The translations under genes were made by a program, and so were the position numbers. Of a DNA stretch of 64,000 nt, positions 30,301 to 40,903 are shown in pieces. This DNA comes from a virus. Position 1 is the first letter of the stretch; every line of letters begins with the position of its first letter. The notes under the pieces were generated by a model. The model was not told the origin of the DNA and made no database searches. It saw only the letters and a list, made by a program, of their open reading frames with translations. The stretch lies in the IMG/VR virus record IMGVR_UViG_3300025886_000013; one strand, written 5' to 3'.

Positions 30301-32483
30301 GATGTCTTGCTTCTTAGTGGAGATGAGAACCCCGGGTATACTTCTCTGTCTGTTCCTGTGTTGTAGAAGTCAGTGTCTTGAGTCTTAACAAGTTCATCAT
30401 TGTATGCAGAGATGTCCTCACCATCAGTGATAATATTGAAACTTTCTCCTGAGTGTGAGCGGGTTATTAATCCTTTCGTTGTTATGTCTGTGACCAAGCC
30501 AGGGAGGCGTGAGTCTCCTTTAAGAAGTCCCATGGGATACTGGACCTCCTGAGTGGAAGATATGTCTGGATTCCAACGTGTGTCGTTCAAGTAAATGGCT
30601 TTGACTTCTGCTGATGTTAATGTGCTGTTCCAGATTGCGACGTCAGCTATATAACCATTAAAAACGTTTGTAAGCCCCGCATCGTTTCCAATGTAGCAAT
30701 CATCTGTGCTTATTACGCTTAAGACACCTGTTGGTGGACCACTAGTCTCTGTAAGTGGTATCGAAACAGAATCAACGTATAAGACTGGATCGTTTGTTGT
30801 AACTGTTGCATCATAAGTTATTACAATATTCTGCCAATTAGAAGTCAACACTGAAGAGGCTGAGTTCCACCACACGGGGTCTGCTGGGCTGTCCCAAGTA
30901 GCCTTAAACCATATTCTCTCAGCTGAATCTACGTATAGAGAGATGTCTGTGTTGCCAAAATCTAATAACCTTGCCGTTCCGGTATCTACGTTTCTTTTTG
31001 CCCACATTGAGAACGTCATTTTCTTAGTTGAGCCCCCTGCAGTGTTTGATCCAATTATAGCATCCCAAATTGAAGCAGTCCCAATGTTTAATCCATCATT
31101 TACGTTATTTCCATTGCTAAGATATTTGTATGAATTTCTTGATCCTATTGAATCGTATAATTTTCCGTCTCTTTCTGTGTAGCTGTTGTATCTTGGATCA
31201 TCTGTTGATAGTATTGTTGCAAAGTTTTTAATATTTGCTATTTGTCCGCCGGCTACTTTATTTTCTATGTATGCTGTATCACTTACTGGAACTGTTCCAC
31301 CAACAAATAGTTTTACCCCACTTGGAGTAGTTAGCGGAGTAGCAGATACAGTAGTCGTTGGGATCACTACATCTTGTGGTCTCCAGTGAGCAACAAGATT
31401 AGCCTGTGAACTGTATGTGTATTTAGAACCACTGTCTGTTATCGAGAATGATTTATCTTTTTCGCCTGGGTATACGGTTGGAATTTTTTTGAATTCAACT
31501 GTGTTTTCATCGTTGAACTGTATATTAAATGTTCCTGTTCTATCTTTATCACCTGTTCTTCTGGCTGTTGAATATTGTCCACGTTGGTTATCTTTGTCAC
31601 GTAACATGATTCGTGGTGAATAAGATGTGTAAGTTCCCAATGAAGTTACTACTCCATATTTAACATCATGAAGTGCTTTAGCTTCAAATGCTGTTAGTTC
31701 GCGGTTCCAAATTGCTAGCTCTGAAAGTGCTCCGTTTATATATGTGCCTGGTAATGCATCGTATCTACCTATTATCATATCACTTGCAGTATTAGACATT
31801 GCTACGTAAGTGCCTGTTGTTCCATTTGATATTTCGTTTGATATTTTACGTACTCCATTAATATAAAAGTTTATATCTGTAGAGGGTCCAGAGCTCTGAC
31901 CATTATAAGTAACTACTATGTTAAACCATGAATCTTTACTTATTGAATGTTCATCAAAAACATATTGAAACATGTTAGTAGAGGCATCAACAAGCTGTAA
32001 TACTACTGAGTATTCATTTGTTTTATCACCACCAGATTTATTTTCTATATAGAGATTATACTCGTCAGCTTTTGACACTATTCCAGAAGAAGAACCCAAA
32101 GTCAAAGCTTCTGGGTTTATCCAACAACTTATACTGAAAGGTTGGTCGAATGCGCCATTACCAAATGACAAATTGTCATGGTCAACAACACTTCCGTGAT
32201 TTGCTGTTCCATCGAACAATACAGTATTATTTTTATTTTTAAATGGTGTTGATTGGGTCATAAAAGGCGTGCCAGACAACCATGTTATATTGTGTCCGTT
32301 TCCTGAACTGTCAGCACCTGTTATATCGTTTAGTCTCCAATAAGCGATAAGGCTACTATTGCCTGCGTTTGGGTTGTCATCGCCAAAGATAGTCTTCCAA
32401 GACACAGTCAAGTTATGATCCACTATTTGATCGCTTAAGACCGTAGTATTATCAAGAAATATACTTTTAACTTTTTCGCTCAT
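27390..32483 (-). CDS. Very large virion protein with at least two LamG/concanavalin-A-like domains
   Basis: LIAYWRLND..DSSGNGHN..FSISCWINP..WFNIVVTYNG..LSELAIWNRELT; second copy FSMWAKR..WQNIVITYD..IADVAIWNSTLT. Confidence 0.75.
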   Translation of the reverse strand: MSEKVKSIFLDNTTVLSDQIVDHNLTVSWKTIFGDDNPNAGNSSLIAYWRLNDITGADSSGNGHNITWLSGTPFMTQSTPFKNKNNTVLFDGTANHGSVVDHDNLSFGNGAFDQPFSISCWINPEALTLGSSSGIVSKADEYNLYIENKSGGDKTNEYSVVLQLVDASTNMFQYVFDEHSISKDSWFNIVVTYNGQSSGPSTDINFYINGVRKISNEISNGTTGTYVAMSNTASDMIIGRYDALPGTYINGALSELAIWNRELTAFEAKALHDVKYGVVTSLGTYTSYSPRIMLRDKDNQRGQYSTARRTGDKDRTGTFNIQFNDENTVEFKKIPTVYPGEKDKSFSITDSGSKYTYSSQANLVAHWRPQDVVIPTTTVSATPLTTPSGVKLFVGGTVPVSDTAYIENKVAGGQIANIKNFATILSTDDPRYNSYTERDGKLYDSIGSRNSYKYLSNGNNVNDGLNIGTASIWDAIIGSNTAGGSTKKMTFSMWAKRNVDTGTARLLDFGNTDISLYVDSAERIWFKATWDSPADPVWWNSASSVLTSNWQNIVITYDATVTTNDPVLYVDSVSIPLTETSGPPTGVLSVISTDDCYIGNDAGLTNVFNGYIADVAIWNSTLTSAEVKAIYLNDTRWNPDISSTQEVQYPMGLLKGDSRLPGLVTDITTKGLITRSHSGESFNIITDGEDISAYNDELVKTQDTDFYNTGTDREVYPGFSSPLRSKTSFTFDITAIQDQYVFRQNYDTVSAGEFHPTTSDFTGFCYYSFTENKWVQKGETNFRYGFDPNNPGTTGPVSFPSQFAGPSNFLTRLNEDTQDSTVTKEVLGYDKIGMPTITNLAPWATKYHALDAEILDTDFIKSPFLLEKISINLPIYAKHILDNNILNDRQKEMSNYMVFLYLQKRVSTVQDSQDDIDTSERILIASSSICFYNKNVLYDVVMGGPARLVKDFYPIHDTGFSHGFDFTNDGTSGAEIKEFNDNITLEFLPSIFGQNYTVSKIPTYVPSVYSISTNNYCHFWPGGNSITPFKIDNVEVGGKSLTNSLSLTKGTDSNYTPFEEYTNLKSVSEKYSKIGVDKNIQRHQKNIGIELKETQITSSVALINQSSQPTSIESYSTSSPFLLLPGDSIVLGIEKCAGDYITAAGEEESLSGSYIKIKAEPASMTLYGSLIKENKEFHNTLNQDLTSNSVHEAYYGEPVLDQFEIEPISMYARTTRDEYVTGDMSTLDGDSIPIGTRGVTKRVTDGDVADSWSLTRFNTFADENERYYDTLLPDVGQILNNIGLINLSDAAIDWTSGTFIDPDDPTGVATLAYSDLSTNLIGIRTGSLHIELKDLGDGSHPPPYTGFLDTVDDTVAGVHDAIIDKTNLFVDGRLANPPSLVHVYHSEDPDYSLTLPSLDVTRGMKAKYQYAIDFFPGHTIPHFPFSVNVRRTDNTEFSILTRYATEYGLYQESDWWRKANGDPYPSPPNIMDAQESFYHTGSIAVLGAVIGFGPHYEIMTNTQIKNLIFRNSIDSLTTEDTVQTRLVLGTPTAFKYEYGFNSTISSSGELSSYAYGVRDIESVTSTAVFRSNSYGQFRDMLEQRHYGRFYKQREFTPRFASSPGFQGRNMIETNDFKQSKFVTKGPIEIKFVEENSSTQVADPQFTNSSNLSPYATSSLPFFDDLTTYPSGSNRTYTSDTLNSAVLSTQLTFDISGA

Positions 32484-32502
32484 TTAACTTTCCAAAACTT
32501 TA

Positions 32503-32510
32503 TATAAATA
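32503..32510 (-). promoter_or_regulatory. Putative late promoter motif TATTTATA
   Basis: Exact 8-mer 19 nt upstream of ATG at 32483. Confidence 0.55.
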
Positions 32511-32531
32511 CATCTATAATTATAACACTTT

Positions 32532-34391
32532 TTATTTTCTAAGTAACCCACCGAACGCTAAAGAGTCTGTGCCTGTAATTGAAACACTGTCGTATACAAA
32601 CCCAGAGGTTGCTGACTTTATTAAATAGTTTGATCTAGAGCTATCTGGTAGAGCAGATGCTATATTAATCAATGCCTCGGCTTCTGAAATTAGTGTGCTT
32701 ATTTCTAAAACTGCTGTATCGTTAAACAGTACTTCTGTCTGTGGTACGTCAGATGAGTACCCAGGAACATTGAATGTTATTGTAGTAGAAGTCGCAGAAT
32801 CAAATACAGGATCAAATGCCTGTTCGCTTGCATCAAAATAACTGTCGTCATTAATCATTACATTTTCTATTTTTTGTTGATCTTCTGTTCTTTTTATATC
32901 GTTCGATACTAAGATAGATCCAAATTCTGGGTTTGAATTTCCTCCAGATATTTCACCAGAAACTCTGTGTGCTTGCCAAGGCGAATCAATTGAGTTGTTG
33001 AGTATTGCCTCTCTTATTGATAACGGTTCGAGAACACCATTATTTCTGTCTGATTCAAGAATATTATTGTCGTAAACTACAGGATATTGAACTGTTTCTG
33101 TGCTTAGTATAGTATGAGTAGTAAGATCGTATGGTTTAAATCTTCCTTCAATATCGCTGAAAGGTATGTTTCCTTCATAGTTACTTGGCTGCCCGAACTC
33201 TCTTTGTTCAATATAATGATCTGGGCGATTTATGTTTCTCTGATTGTTTGATGATAACTTAAACAATAAAGACTCGTGCTTGTATTTGTTTGTTGTTACG
33301 CTAACACCTTGTCTAAATGCATCAGTTGCTGATGTGTCTGTTTTTGATAGATTTTTTGTAGCAGAGTCGTAAATAGCTACAACTTCTTTCTTCTTAAGAT
33401 AGTAGTCTTGCCACATAGCTACTTCAGCTACTAAGCCGTCTATGTTGTTGTTTGAACCTGATTTATTTGTACCTACGAAGACATTTTCTGTTGTAATTCT
33501 AGTCCCAGCTGTTCCATATGAAGAACAAACAATAGAATAATTTTTATCAATAGTTTTATTTAAGTAAAGTCTATAAAATTTATTAGTGAGTGCTCCTGAA
33601 GAAGACCAGTTGTTACCTGCAGAGGATATTACTATGTGTTGCCACTTATTTGATTCAACGGTAATTGAAGATGTAATTACGTAAGTGTTAGCAGATGCGT
33701 CAACTGTCTTAAACTCTATTTTCATATCAGAGTTTATTTTCAACTCGTATTCTTGAGTTGCAGAAGCACCTTTGGTTAGTAATATTGTCTCTTTATTGCT
33801 GTTTAAATAAAACCACATTGAAATTGAGAATTGTTTATCTGTTGTTGACCCTATTGTTACTGAAGGGTTTACTATTTCGATGTATTGATATAATGATGCA
33901 TCAGGAGATGTTAGATCTACAGAGGCAACAGTTTTATTCATCTTTTTACCAGGTGCTGCCAAAAACGGAATATTTGAATTTGCAGTAAAAACTGTAGCAC
34001 CTGCTTGATCTTTTGCACTTACTACGTTTAATGTGTCACTTATAACGGATGTGCTTGAACGTGTGTATACTTTTAGATTTCTTGATGCAATCTTTGTGTA
34101 TCGACGTCCTGATTTTGAGAATTCTTCAGTTAGCTCGTAAGGCTCATCTTGCTTTCTAATTCTTTGTGTATTAGGGAAACGAACAAGAGCAGAAGTTATT
34201 TCTGATGTGTTGAAGGTAGTTGTAGGGATTCCATAATTTTTAGCAGTAATTTCAATAGTTTGCGTCTCTATTGTGCTAGATGGTTCTCCAGTTTTTGTTT
34301 CAGTTACTCTTGATACGACTCTTCTATTGTTTGAACTGTCGTCTTCATAAGGAGTTAAAATTCCAGGATCGTCTCTTAATTTGTATGCCAT
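32532..34391 (-). CDS. Virion protein with LamG-like domain
   Basis: FSISMWFY..WQHIVIS..IDGLVAEVAMWQ. Confidence 0.65.
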   Translation of the reverse strand: MAYKLRDDPGILTPYEDDSSNNRRVVSRVTETKTGEPSSTIETQTIEITAKNYGIPTTTFNTSEITSALVRFPNTQRIRKQDEPYELTEEFSKSGRRYTKIASRNLKVYTRSSTSVISDTLNVVSAKDQAGATVFTANSNIPFLAAPGKKMNKTVASVDLTSPDASLYQYIEIVNPSVTIGSTTDKQFSISMWFYLNSNKETILLTKGASATQEYELKINSDMKIEFKTVDASANTYVITSSITVESNKWQHIVISSAGNNWSSSGALTNKFYRLYLNKTIDKNYSIVCSSYGTAGTRITTENVFVGTNKSGSNNNIDGLVAEVAMWQDYYLKKKEVVAIYDSATKNLSKTDTSATDAFRQGVSVTTNKYKHESLLFKLSSNNQRNINRPDHYIEQREFGQPSNYEGNIPFSDIEGRFKPYDLTTHTILSTETVQYPVVYDNNILESDRNNGVLEPLSIREAILNNSIDSPWQAHRVSGEISGGNSNPEFGSILVSNDIKRTEDQQKIENVMINDDSYFDASEQAFDPVFDSATSTTITFNVPGYSSDVPQTEVLFNDTAVLEISTLISEAEALINIASALPDSSRSNYLIKSATSGFVYDSVSITGTDSLAFGGLLRK

Positions 34392-34400
34392 AGTGTTTTC

Positions 34401-37400
34401 CTAAAATTTCTTTATGCTTCCGTCAATCTGAGATAGAAAGATACTACCTCTTGAATTGTCGCGTTCTGATGAGTTCATGTAGATGTCATCGAATAAGTAT
34501 CTAAATCTATTTCTTTCTAACATATGAGATTCAATTATAAAGTTTGTTCCCATATATTTCGTCTTTTTTGGTAGTAATTGTTTTATTATTTTTGTATATG
34601 CGTCATCAAACCACTTAAAGATCCCCAAGTAAGCATCTATATCTAACTTACCAGTAAGTCTGTTGAAATAGATTTTCTGTAAGTTCTCTAGATCAATATA
34701 AGAATCAGAGAACATTAGATTTGGTTGTCCAAGTATATTGTTAATGACATCAAGAGAGCTGAACATCTTTATTATGTCTTCATTTAATGCGTCTATTGAC
34801 GAGAATTCAACTGCAAATCTTGAATCATCAAAGAACTTTTCGTATAATGGGATCTCATGAACTAGACCTTGAATAGCATTTGCTGAGTTCTTGACGTTAT
34901 CTGCATCCATAAAACCGCGTGCTCTAATTTTATTGCTTGACTGTAAAAGATCATACTTAGGTGAAATAATGTTAAAATAGAAGTTTTCTGGTTTGATTAC
35001 AGTATTTTCTAGTTCGAATCCAGTTCCTGATAAGTGTTTTTCATTTTGTGAATAATCAAATATTTGAATTAGTCCGGAAGAGTCTGCAGTAGTTATAGCT
35101 TGATCTGTTGAAGCATCAACTCTAAGCCTCTGAAATGATCCTGTTGCGTGTGTGTTGAAGTTAAAGTTGTCAAACGGTGATACAACACCAAGTGAAGTAT
35201 AATTTCTTACGTGCTCTTTCCATTCATCATCTGTAAATCCTTTTGACCACATTCTTAAATGTCCGACTTTGCCCTCAAAGTCTGTTGTCATTTCTTCAGA
35301 TGTAGGTCCATAGCTGTTCAAGTATTTTGTATTCGTTACAAAAAGCTGCTTTCCTATTGAGAAAAAAGGCCCAAATTCGTTTTCAGTTCCGTCTATTTTT
35401 GAAAAAATATCTTTTGTTGTATCTACTTCTTGATATAGCGCAGATGCACTATGATACTCTTTTATGTCACCGAACATCTGACGTGTGCATTTCATATAGT
35501 AAGAAGATGATACGTTGTTTTCTATCTGATCGTATCTGTCTCTTCCTACAGCTAAATTCCATTTTGAACCATCAAAAATATTCACTCCAGTTAGTATCAG
35601 ACTTATTTTTGGAACTGATGGAGATGTAAGTGATGAAGGGGTTATGAAACATTTTAATTCATGACTGTCTGGATCTATTGAAGAAGAATGAGCAACTACG
35701 TTTATGACTACGTTGTTATATGTCGTGCCACTTGCGTTGACGCGAAGTAGACTTTGATATTCACTATATACTCTGTCAACAGGGAAAGAATAGATTCCTT
35801 CAAACAAAAAAGATCCAGATGAATAGATACCATCGTTTGGGTCATTTGATATTCCGTGTCGTGACTCTGAGTCAGCTGTAGGTATGGTGGCAGGTGGAGG
35901 ATAATGAGAAGCTATTGAAGCCATTGTCCCACCTGGTTCTGGGTAGCCTATTTCAAGCCTTGATCCTGAAAGGAAGCCAGACTTTACATAAGGCATATTT
36001 GAATATACGCCAAAACTATCACTTGCCCCTGGAGTTATACCTATTGAACCAGAGAAATCTAACATTGTAGATGTTTCTATTTTTTCTTCTCTTGAATATT
36101 TTATATCGTTCTTAAGATTACCGCCGTACTCTCTTAGGCGCAATAATGAGTTTGGATCAATTCCTGCAGACAACAAGAAAGACTTTATACTGTTTATTGT
36201 TCCTTTTGACTTATAGATGTCTTTCAAGTTAACAAGAATTCTTCGCCAGATTTGTGACTGAATGTATGATAACGCCGTCTGTGCTTTTGTTGTTTGCATA
36301 CTTACATTGTCACCCTGAGAAAACTGTTCCCAAGATGACTCTGGAAAGATTGTAGGTAGTTCAAAACCGTAGTATTTAGCCACAAAAGTTAAAAATGTAT
36401 TGATTGCAGATTCTTCATCGCTGTATTCTACGTTTAATAAGTTAGAAAAGTTATCTGTTACTACTTTTATTTCATCAAAGAATTTTCCCCAAATTAGTAA
36501 AACCGAGGTTAGCATTTGTGCTGTTCCTAGTTTTCCATCATTTGGCTTTTCTCCTGTGTAAGCCTCTAAGATAGTGCCGAACCCATTTTCATCAGACACT
36601 GTGTTGTTCATACCATCTAGAAAGTAATGGGGTGGAACAAGTTTTGTAATTAAGTTTGGGTTGTTATCGTCGTATAGCATAGCTGATGTCAGCAATGATG
36701 TGTTTAATTCTTGGACAAGTGTGTTGTTTGGGAACAAAATAGGAAAATATTTATCATCTTCAAATTCAATAGGGTTTACTATAGACGTAGGATTGTTCCT
36801 AAGTGATGGAGTAAAATTACTTATTACACTATGAAACCCGTTTCCTGAACTGTCTATTGCTATATTTGGTGTATTCGATGTCTCTGTGGCGTCATATGGT
36901 TCATTGAATCTAAAGTATAAAGCTAGATCATCATCTTGGAAAATCTCTTTTTTAGACTTTGATTCTATTACGTCCCACGTTATTGCTTTATGATAAAATC
37001 TTAGTTCATCCATGTACCCATCGAAATATTCTCCTGGGACAAAGTCTAGAACTGATGTTATTTTAGTAGTATTTCCTTTTCCAATAGTTAGATAATTACT
37101 AGTAGGATCCATAGTTAGCATCTCTAGTACTATATCGTTTGTTGTCTCTACTCCATTTACTATTAACTTTAAAGTAGAAGTTTCACTATCTCTGTCAAAT
37201 ATTGCACATATGTGACTAAAGGCTCCTTTTGCAATTGGAGCAGATACAAATGACACCATTTCTGCAGTTGTAACTATGAACTGAATGTTGCATGTAGTGG
37301 TTCCTGCATCTGCTTCTAATACTAATGAAAAACCAATGTTATCGCTTTCTAGTTTTTGCAAAACTATTTGGTTTAAGTTTGAACTATCAGTAGGATATAT

Positions 37401-37850
37401 GTGAGCTTCTATTGAAAATGATTTTGAACCAGGATTTAATCCTTTATCACCCGTCGGAGCCGTGGGTTCTTTTATTACTATACCAGAATTTTTTATATCT
37501 TTTACTTCTAAATAGTTGTTTAGTGATTTATTAAACTGTAGATAACCAGTATTTTTAGGAAAAGTATCAAGAATATATTTTTCAAACCCAGTCAACGAAT
37601 TAATAAAATCTATTGTTTCTTTTTTAGTTCCATCTATCGGATACCCATTGACAAGCTTGTCAAAAGCCGTGTTTACGTTTGATACTGCAGAATTAAAAAA
37701 TGTATGATTTTCAAATTTTGACCAGTCAAGATTAAGCTGCTGTGTAGATGAAATAGATTTTAGCGCTTCTTTAAAAAAGTCACTTTCAGGAAACTCATCA
37801 AATAGAGTATTGTCTATTAGTTTGCTTACAGAATCTGTATAGGTTGTCAT
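34401..37850 (-). CDS. Baseplate wedge-like protein (P2 gpI / T4 gp7-type segment) with LamG-like domains
   Basis: FVAKYYGFELP..IWRRILVNLKDIYKSKGTINSIKSFL; LamG FSIEAHIYP..FSHICAIFD..MDELRFY. Confidence 0.65.
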   Translation of the reverse strand: MTTYTDSVSKLIDNTLFDEFPESDFFKEALKSISSTQQLNLDWSKFENHTFFNSAVSNVNTAFDKLVNGYPIDGTKKETIDFINSLTGFEKYILDTFPKNTGYLQFNKSLNNYLEVKDIKNSGIVIKEPTAPTGDKGLNPGSKSFSIEAHIYPTDSSNLNQIVLQKLESDNIGFSLVLEADAGTTTCNIQFIVTTAEMVSFVSAPIAKGAFSHICAIFDRDSETSTLKLIVNGVETTNDIVLEMLTMDPTSNYLTIGKGNTTKITSVLDFVPGEYFDGYMDELRFYHKAITWDVIESKSKKEIFQDDDLALYFRFNEPYDATETSNTPNIAIDSSGNGFHSVISNFTPSLRNNPTSIVNPIEFEDDKYFPILFPNNTLVQELNTSLLTSAMLYDDNNPNLITKLVPPHYFLDGMNNTVSDENGFGTILEAYTGEKPNDGKLGTAQMLTSVLLIWGKFFDEIKVVTDNFSNLLNVEYSDEESAINTFLTFVAKYYGFELPTIFPESSWEQFSQGDNVSMQTTKAQTALSYIQSQIWRRILVNLKDIYKSKGTINSIKSFLLSAGIDPNSLLRLREYGGNLKNDIKYSREEKIETSTMLDFSGSIGITPGASDSFGVYSNMPYVKSGFLSGSRLEIGYPEPGGTMASIASHYPPPATIPTADSESRHGISNDPNDGIYSSGSFLFEGIYSFPVDRVYSEYQSLLRVNASGTTYNNVVINVVAHSSSIDPDSHELKCFITPSSLTSPSVPKISLILTGVNIFDGSKWNLAVGRDRYDQIENNVSSSYYMKCTRQMFGDIKEYHSASALYQEVDTTKDIFSKIDGTENEFGPFFSIGKQLFVTNTKYLNSYGPTSEEMTTDFEGKVGHLRMWSKGFTDDEWKEHVRNYTSLGVVSPFDNFNFNTHATGSFQRLRVDASTDQAITTADSSGLIQIFDYSQNEKHLSGTGFELENTVIKPENFYFNIISPKYDLLQSSNKIRARGFMDADNVKNSANAIQGLVHEIPLYEKFFDDSRFAVEFSSIDALNEDIIKMFSSLDVINNILGQPNLMFSDSYIDLENLQKIYFNRLTGKLDIDAYLGIFKWFDDAYTKIIKQLLPKKTKYMGTNFIIESHMLERNRFRYLFDDIYMNSSERDNSRGSIFLSQIDGSIKKF

Positions 37851-37852
37851 TA

Positions 37853-39067
37853 TTATATTACCTTGAAGATATTATTTTCGCCAATAGTATACTGTAGAGA
37901 GCCAGCAGTCTCTGTTAATCGAAACTTAATTTCATATGACGTCCCCTTAGATAGTCCTTCTAAGTTTAGTATCATATGCATCTCATCTGTATCGTATGAA
38001 ACTACAGTAGAATCATTATCAAAAGGAATAACAATATCACCTGTGCCTACATCTATCAAAGAATAACAAAGCTTCCCTGCAACACCTAATAAAGCATCAG
38101 AGGATCCTATTAGCTTACCTTTATTTTTAATCGGTAGTTTTGTAGCTTCAACAGAGCTATAGTTTCTATCATCAACGAATATGTGAAGTCTTACTTTATC
38201 TGTAGCGCTGTATTCTTTTTGTAGATTCAATATTGTTGCTTGATAGTTTGTGTAATCTACATTGCTAGTTACTGTAGTAGCGTCTGTATATTTTATTATT
38301 AATCGTGGAGTCTTGTTTTTATCATTTGAATGACGTGATGCAAACCTCTTTACAAATCGTGTCTTGTTGTCTTGTTCTTCTGCTTGAATGTAAGATATTC
38401 TGAATCCGTTATTTACGATTCCTCCCGCGAGCATTGCTGTGATTGCCGCTGTGACGTTAACAGAAAGATCTTCTTGTCCTGTTTCGAATTCTTGAGTTAC
38501 TGTATAACCTGTGTTAAAATCTGCCGTAGACAATATATTGAAAATAAGATAAGGATCACCTACACCAGGAGTTATTGTTGTATGCGTTCCCCATAAAGTC
38601 TCAACGCCACTAGAATAAGAGGCTGTTAAAAAGTTGCATACATCAAGGTCATCAAATGATTCTACATCACGTCCTGAACCTTCATCGAAAGCTAAAGTTA
38701 ACGGTGCAACTAATAGTGAAAAATTAGATGGAGTTGTCTGACCGCCGAATACATCGTACATTTTTAGAGTAGCTTCAAATCCAGTTTCTGATTGTATTCC
38801 TGTAGCTAATCCTGTAAGATCGAACTTTACTAATCCTCTTGACAATTCAACTGGAATGCTTAAACCATCAGAGTCTTCATGTAATAGTACGGTTCCAGTA
38901 TCATCTCTGTAGGTCTTTGGGTCTCCAGTAAAAGATGACTCGTCGTAAAGCTTAAATATATCAATTGTTGATGCGTTTCCCATGTTAGCATCAGTAGCTC
39001 TAGTCGCCTTGTTTAAAACTTTATTTGTTATATAAGTATCGGCTGATGCTGTTAATATTTTGTACAT
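37853..39067 (-). CDS. Virion protein with DNRLRE/CBM96-like beta-sandwich
   Basis: ADTYI, SRGLVKFDL, NNGFRIS, FASRHS..TPRLIIKY pattern. Confidence 0.5.
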   Translation of the reverse strand: MYKILTASADTYITNKVLNKATRATDANMGNASTIDIFKLYDESSFTGDPKTYRDDTGTVLLHEDSDGLSIPVELSRGLVKFDLTGLATGIQSETGFEATLKMYDVFGGQTTPSNFSLLVAPLTLAFDEGSGRDVESFDDLDVCNFLTASYSSGVETLWGTHTTITPGVGDPYLIFNILSTADFNTGYTVTQEFETGQEDLSVNVTAAITAMLAGGIVNNGFRISYIQAEEQDNKTRFVKRFASRHSNDKNKTPRLIIKYTDATTVTSNVDYTNYQATILNLQKEYSATDKVRLHIFVDDRNYSSVEATKLPIKNKGKLIGSSDALLGVAGKLCYSLIDVGTGDIVIPFDNDSTVVSYDTDEMHMILNLEGLSKGTSYEIKFRLTETAGSLQYTIGENNIFKVI

Positions 39068-40902
39068 TATTTCACGTATCCTGTAATGTCGTCTTTTGAG
39101 CTTTTTAATTCAAATATAGAGCCGGGTGGACCAACTAAGAATTTTCCAGATGTATTTTTGTTTATGTCTAAGTTATAAGAACTATAACCTGTCCCTGTTT
39201 TGTTTAGAATTGTGCAATAATTTAGTGAAACTACACCGTCTGTAGCAGTTATTAACATCTCTATGTTTGTTTTATTTATTGGCATGTCTAAATGCCATTT
39301 TTTTATATCAAACAGTGATTTGATTTTTTTATTAATATTTTCAACAATTATATTCTTATTAACAATACCATCAGAGACGATTTCGTATTCAACTCCTATG
39401 TTTATTATGAACGCATCCAAAATATCAATAGCATCTGTTATTAGTCTATATTGGTTTAGATATACTTCGAGGTTCTTTTTAAGACTATCTGATGATGATA
39501 CTAGAGCTCCTTTTGAATCTCTGCTTATGATAAATAGCTGCGTTGAAAACAAATTGCTTGTTGTATTTGAAAGTCCTGCTCTAAAGACTCTTCCGAAGTT
39601 TGTAGGTAATGTGTAAACTCTTGTAAGAAGATCATTCTTAGTCACAATTCTTGATTGAGAGTTTTGATGTCCTTTGTATTCGAACCTTAATTCGTTTAAT
39701 GTAGGCTTATCTTCACCTCCACGAGCTGAACTTGTGTTTACCACACTTAATGAGTTTCTAATTCCAAAATTGATATAAGACGTTGAATTTCTGTTATACA
39801 AGAATAATAATTTTTCAACGGTCTTAATAGAAGTAGCAGCTACATTATGATTTAAACCACCGCCCTTCCTGTAAGTTATTGTTAAATTAGTATTGTATGG
39901 TGACATTCCAAGAGTTGATGTTGACAACATGTTGTTAGGGTCAATTGACTGTCTACTTAATGTTGTCTTTCCATACATAGGAAGAGCGAATTCGCTTGGA
40001 TCCGGTATATAATCGGTATCAAGTGTCATTTCGTTTCCACTACCAAATGTTAGCTCTGTTTGTCCTGAAATTCTATCTAGCTCTCTAGTGAATCTGTATG
40101 GGGCTGGTATTATTTCGAGATTATCAGAAACAACATCGTAGTCGTAGCCTTTGTTTTGGACAGAACGAAAAACAACATCTTGAGATAAATAATCTACTTC
40201 GTAGTATTCATTTCCTGCTGTGTCTTTTATTCTTAGAATTTCATTTATATCTGAGTCAGATATTACTATTGTTTTAAACTGTTTGAAACTTCCAGCAGCT
40301 ACAACACTTGTTTTTGTCTCTCCGGATACGCAGATTCCTGTCATTTTTATAATATATGATTTTGGGTTAAGATCAGCATCTAAATCATCAGTGTTTATAA
40401 AACGTTCATGAGTATATTCATCAAAAATTTTTCTAGAGAAGTCTAAGTCCTCCATTAGTTCAAATTTAATTCCTGTGTTTGACGTCATAGACGTGCCAGT
40501 GAGAATTATAGGAAGAACGTTAGGGTCTACAACGATATTGCCATTTATATCAACTGCTGAAGGTACTGTCAAGTAGAAGTCTATATTTACAATTGAAGGT
40601 GAAGATGATCTGTTCTTTATTCCTGCTGTTTTTAAAAGTTTTTCAATATTTTTTGTTTGTACAGCTGTATTAATATCTAATTCATTAAACTGATGATCTA
40701 GATAGAAAGACATAACATCACCCACATGAGCTGCCATATCTAGAAACAGACCACCTACAGAAGCATCAGAGAAATCCTGGATTGAATCTGGAAAATACGT
40801 TGTTGCGTATTCTACAAGATCACTACGGAGTGCATCAAAGTCTCTACCGTAGAATGATCTCTTTTTTACACTTTTTAATTCATTTAATAATTTTTTTTGC
40901 AT
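39067..40902 (-). CDS. Baseplate wedge subunit, T4 gp6 / baseplate J-like
   Basis: RDFDALRSDLVEYATTYFP..FSDASVGGLFLDMAAHVGDVMSFYLD, ARGGEDKP, RIVTKNDL; adjacent to gp25-like gene. Confidence 0.85.
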   Translation of the reverse strand: MQKKLLNELKSVKKRSFYGRDFDALRSDLVEYATTYFPDSIQDFSDASVGGLFLDMAAHVGDVMSFYLDHQFNELDINTAVQTKNIEKLLKTAGIKNRSSSPSIVNIDFYLTVPSAVDINGNIVVDPNVLPIILTGTSMTSNTGIKFELMEDLDFSRKIFDEYTHERFINTDDLDADLNPKSYIIKMTGICVSGETKTSVVAAGSFKQFKTIVISDSDINEILRIKDTAGNEYYEVDYLSQDVVFRSVQNKGYDYDVVSDNLEIIPAPYRFTRELDRISGQTELTFGSGNEMTLDTDYIPDPSEFALPMYGKTTLSRQSIDPNNMLSTSTLGMSPYNTNLTITYRKGGGLNHNVAATSIKTVEKLLFLYNRNSTSYINFGIRNSLSVVNTSSARGGEDKPTLNELRFEYKGHQNSQSRIVTKNDLLTRVYTLPTNFGRVFRAGLSNTTSNLFSTQLFIISRDSKGALVSSSDSLKKNLEVYLNQYRLITDAIDILDAFIINIGVEYEIVSDGIVNKNIIVENINKKIKSLFDIKKWHLDMPINKTNIEMLITATDGVVSLNYCTILNKTGTGYSSYNLDINKNTSGKFLVGPPGSIFELKSSKDDITGYVK

Positions 40903-40903
40903 T

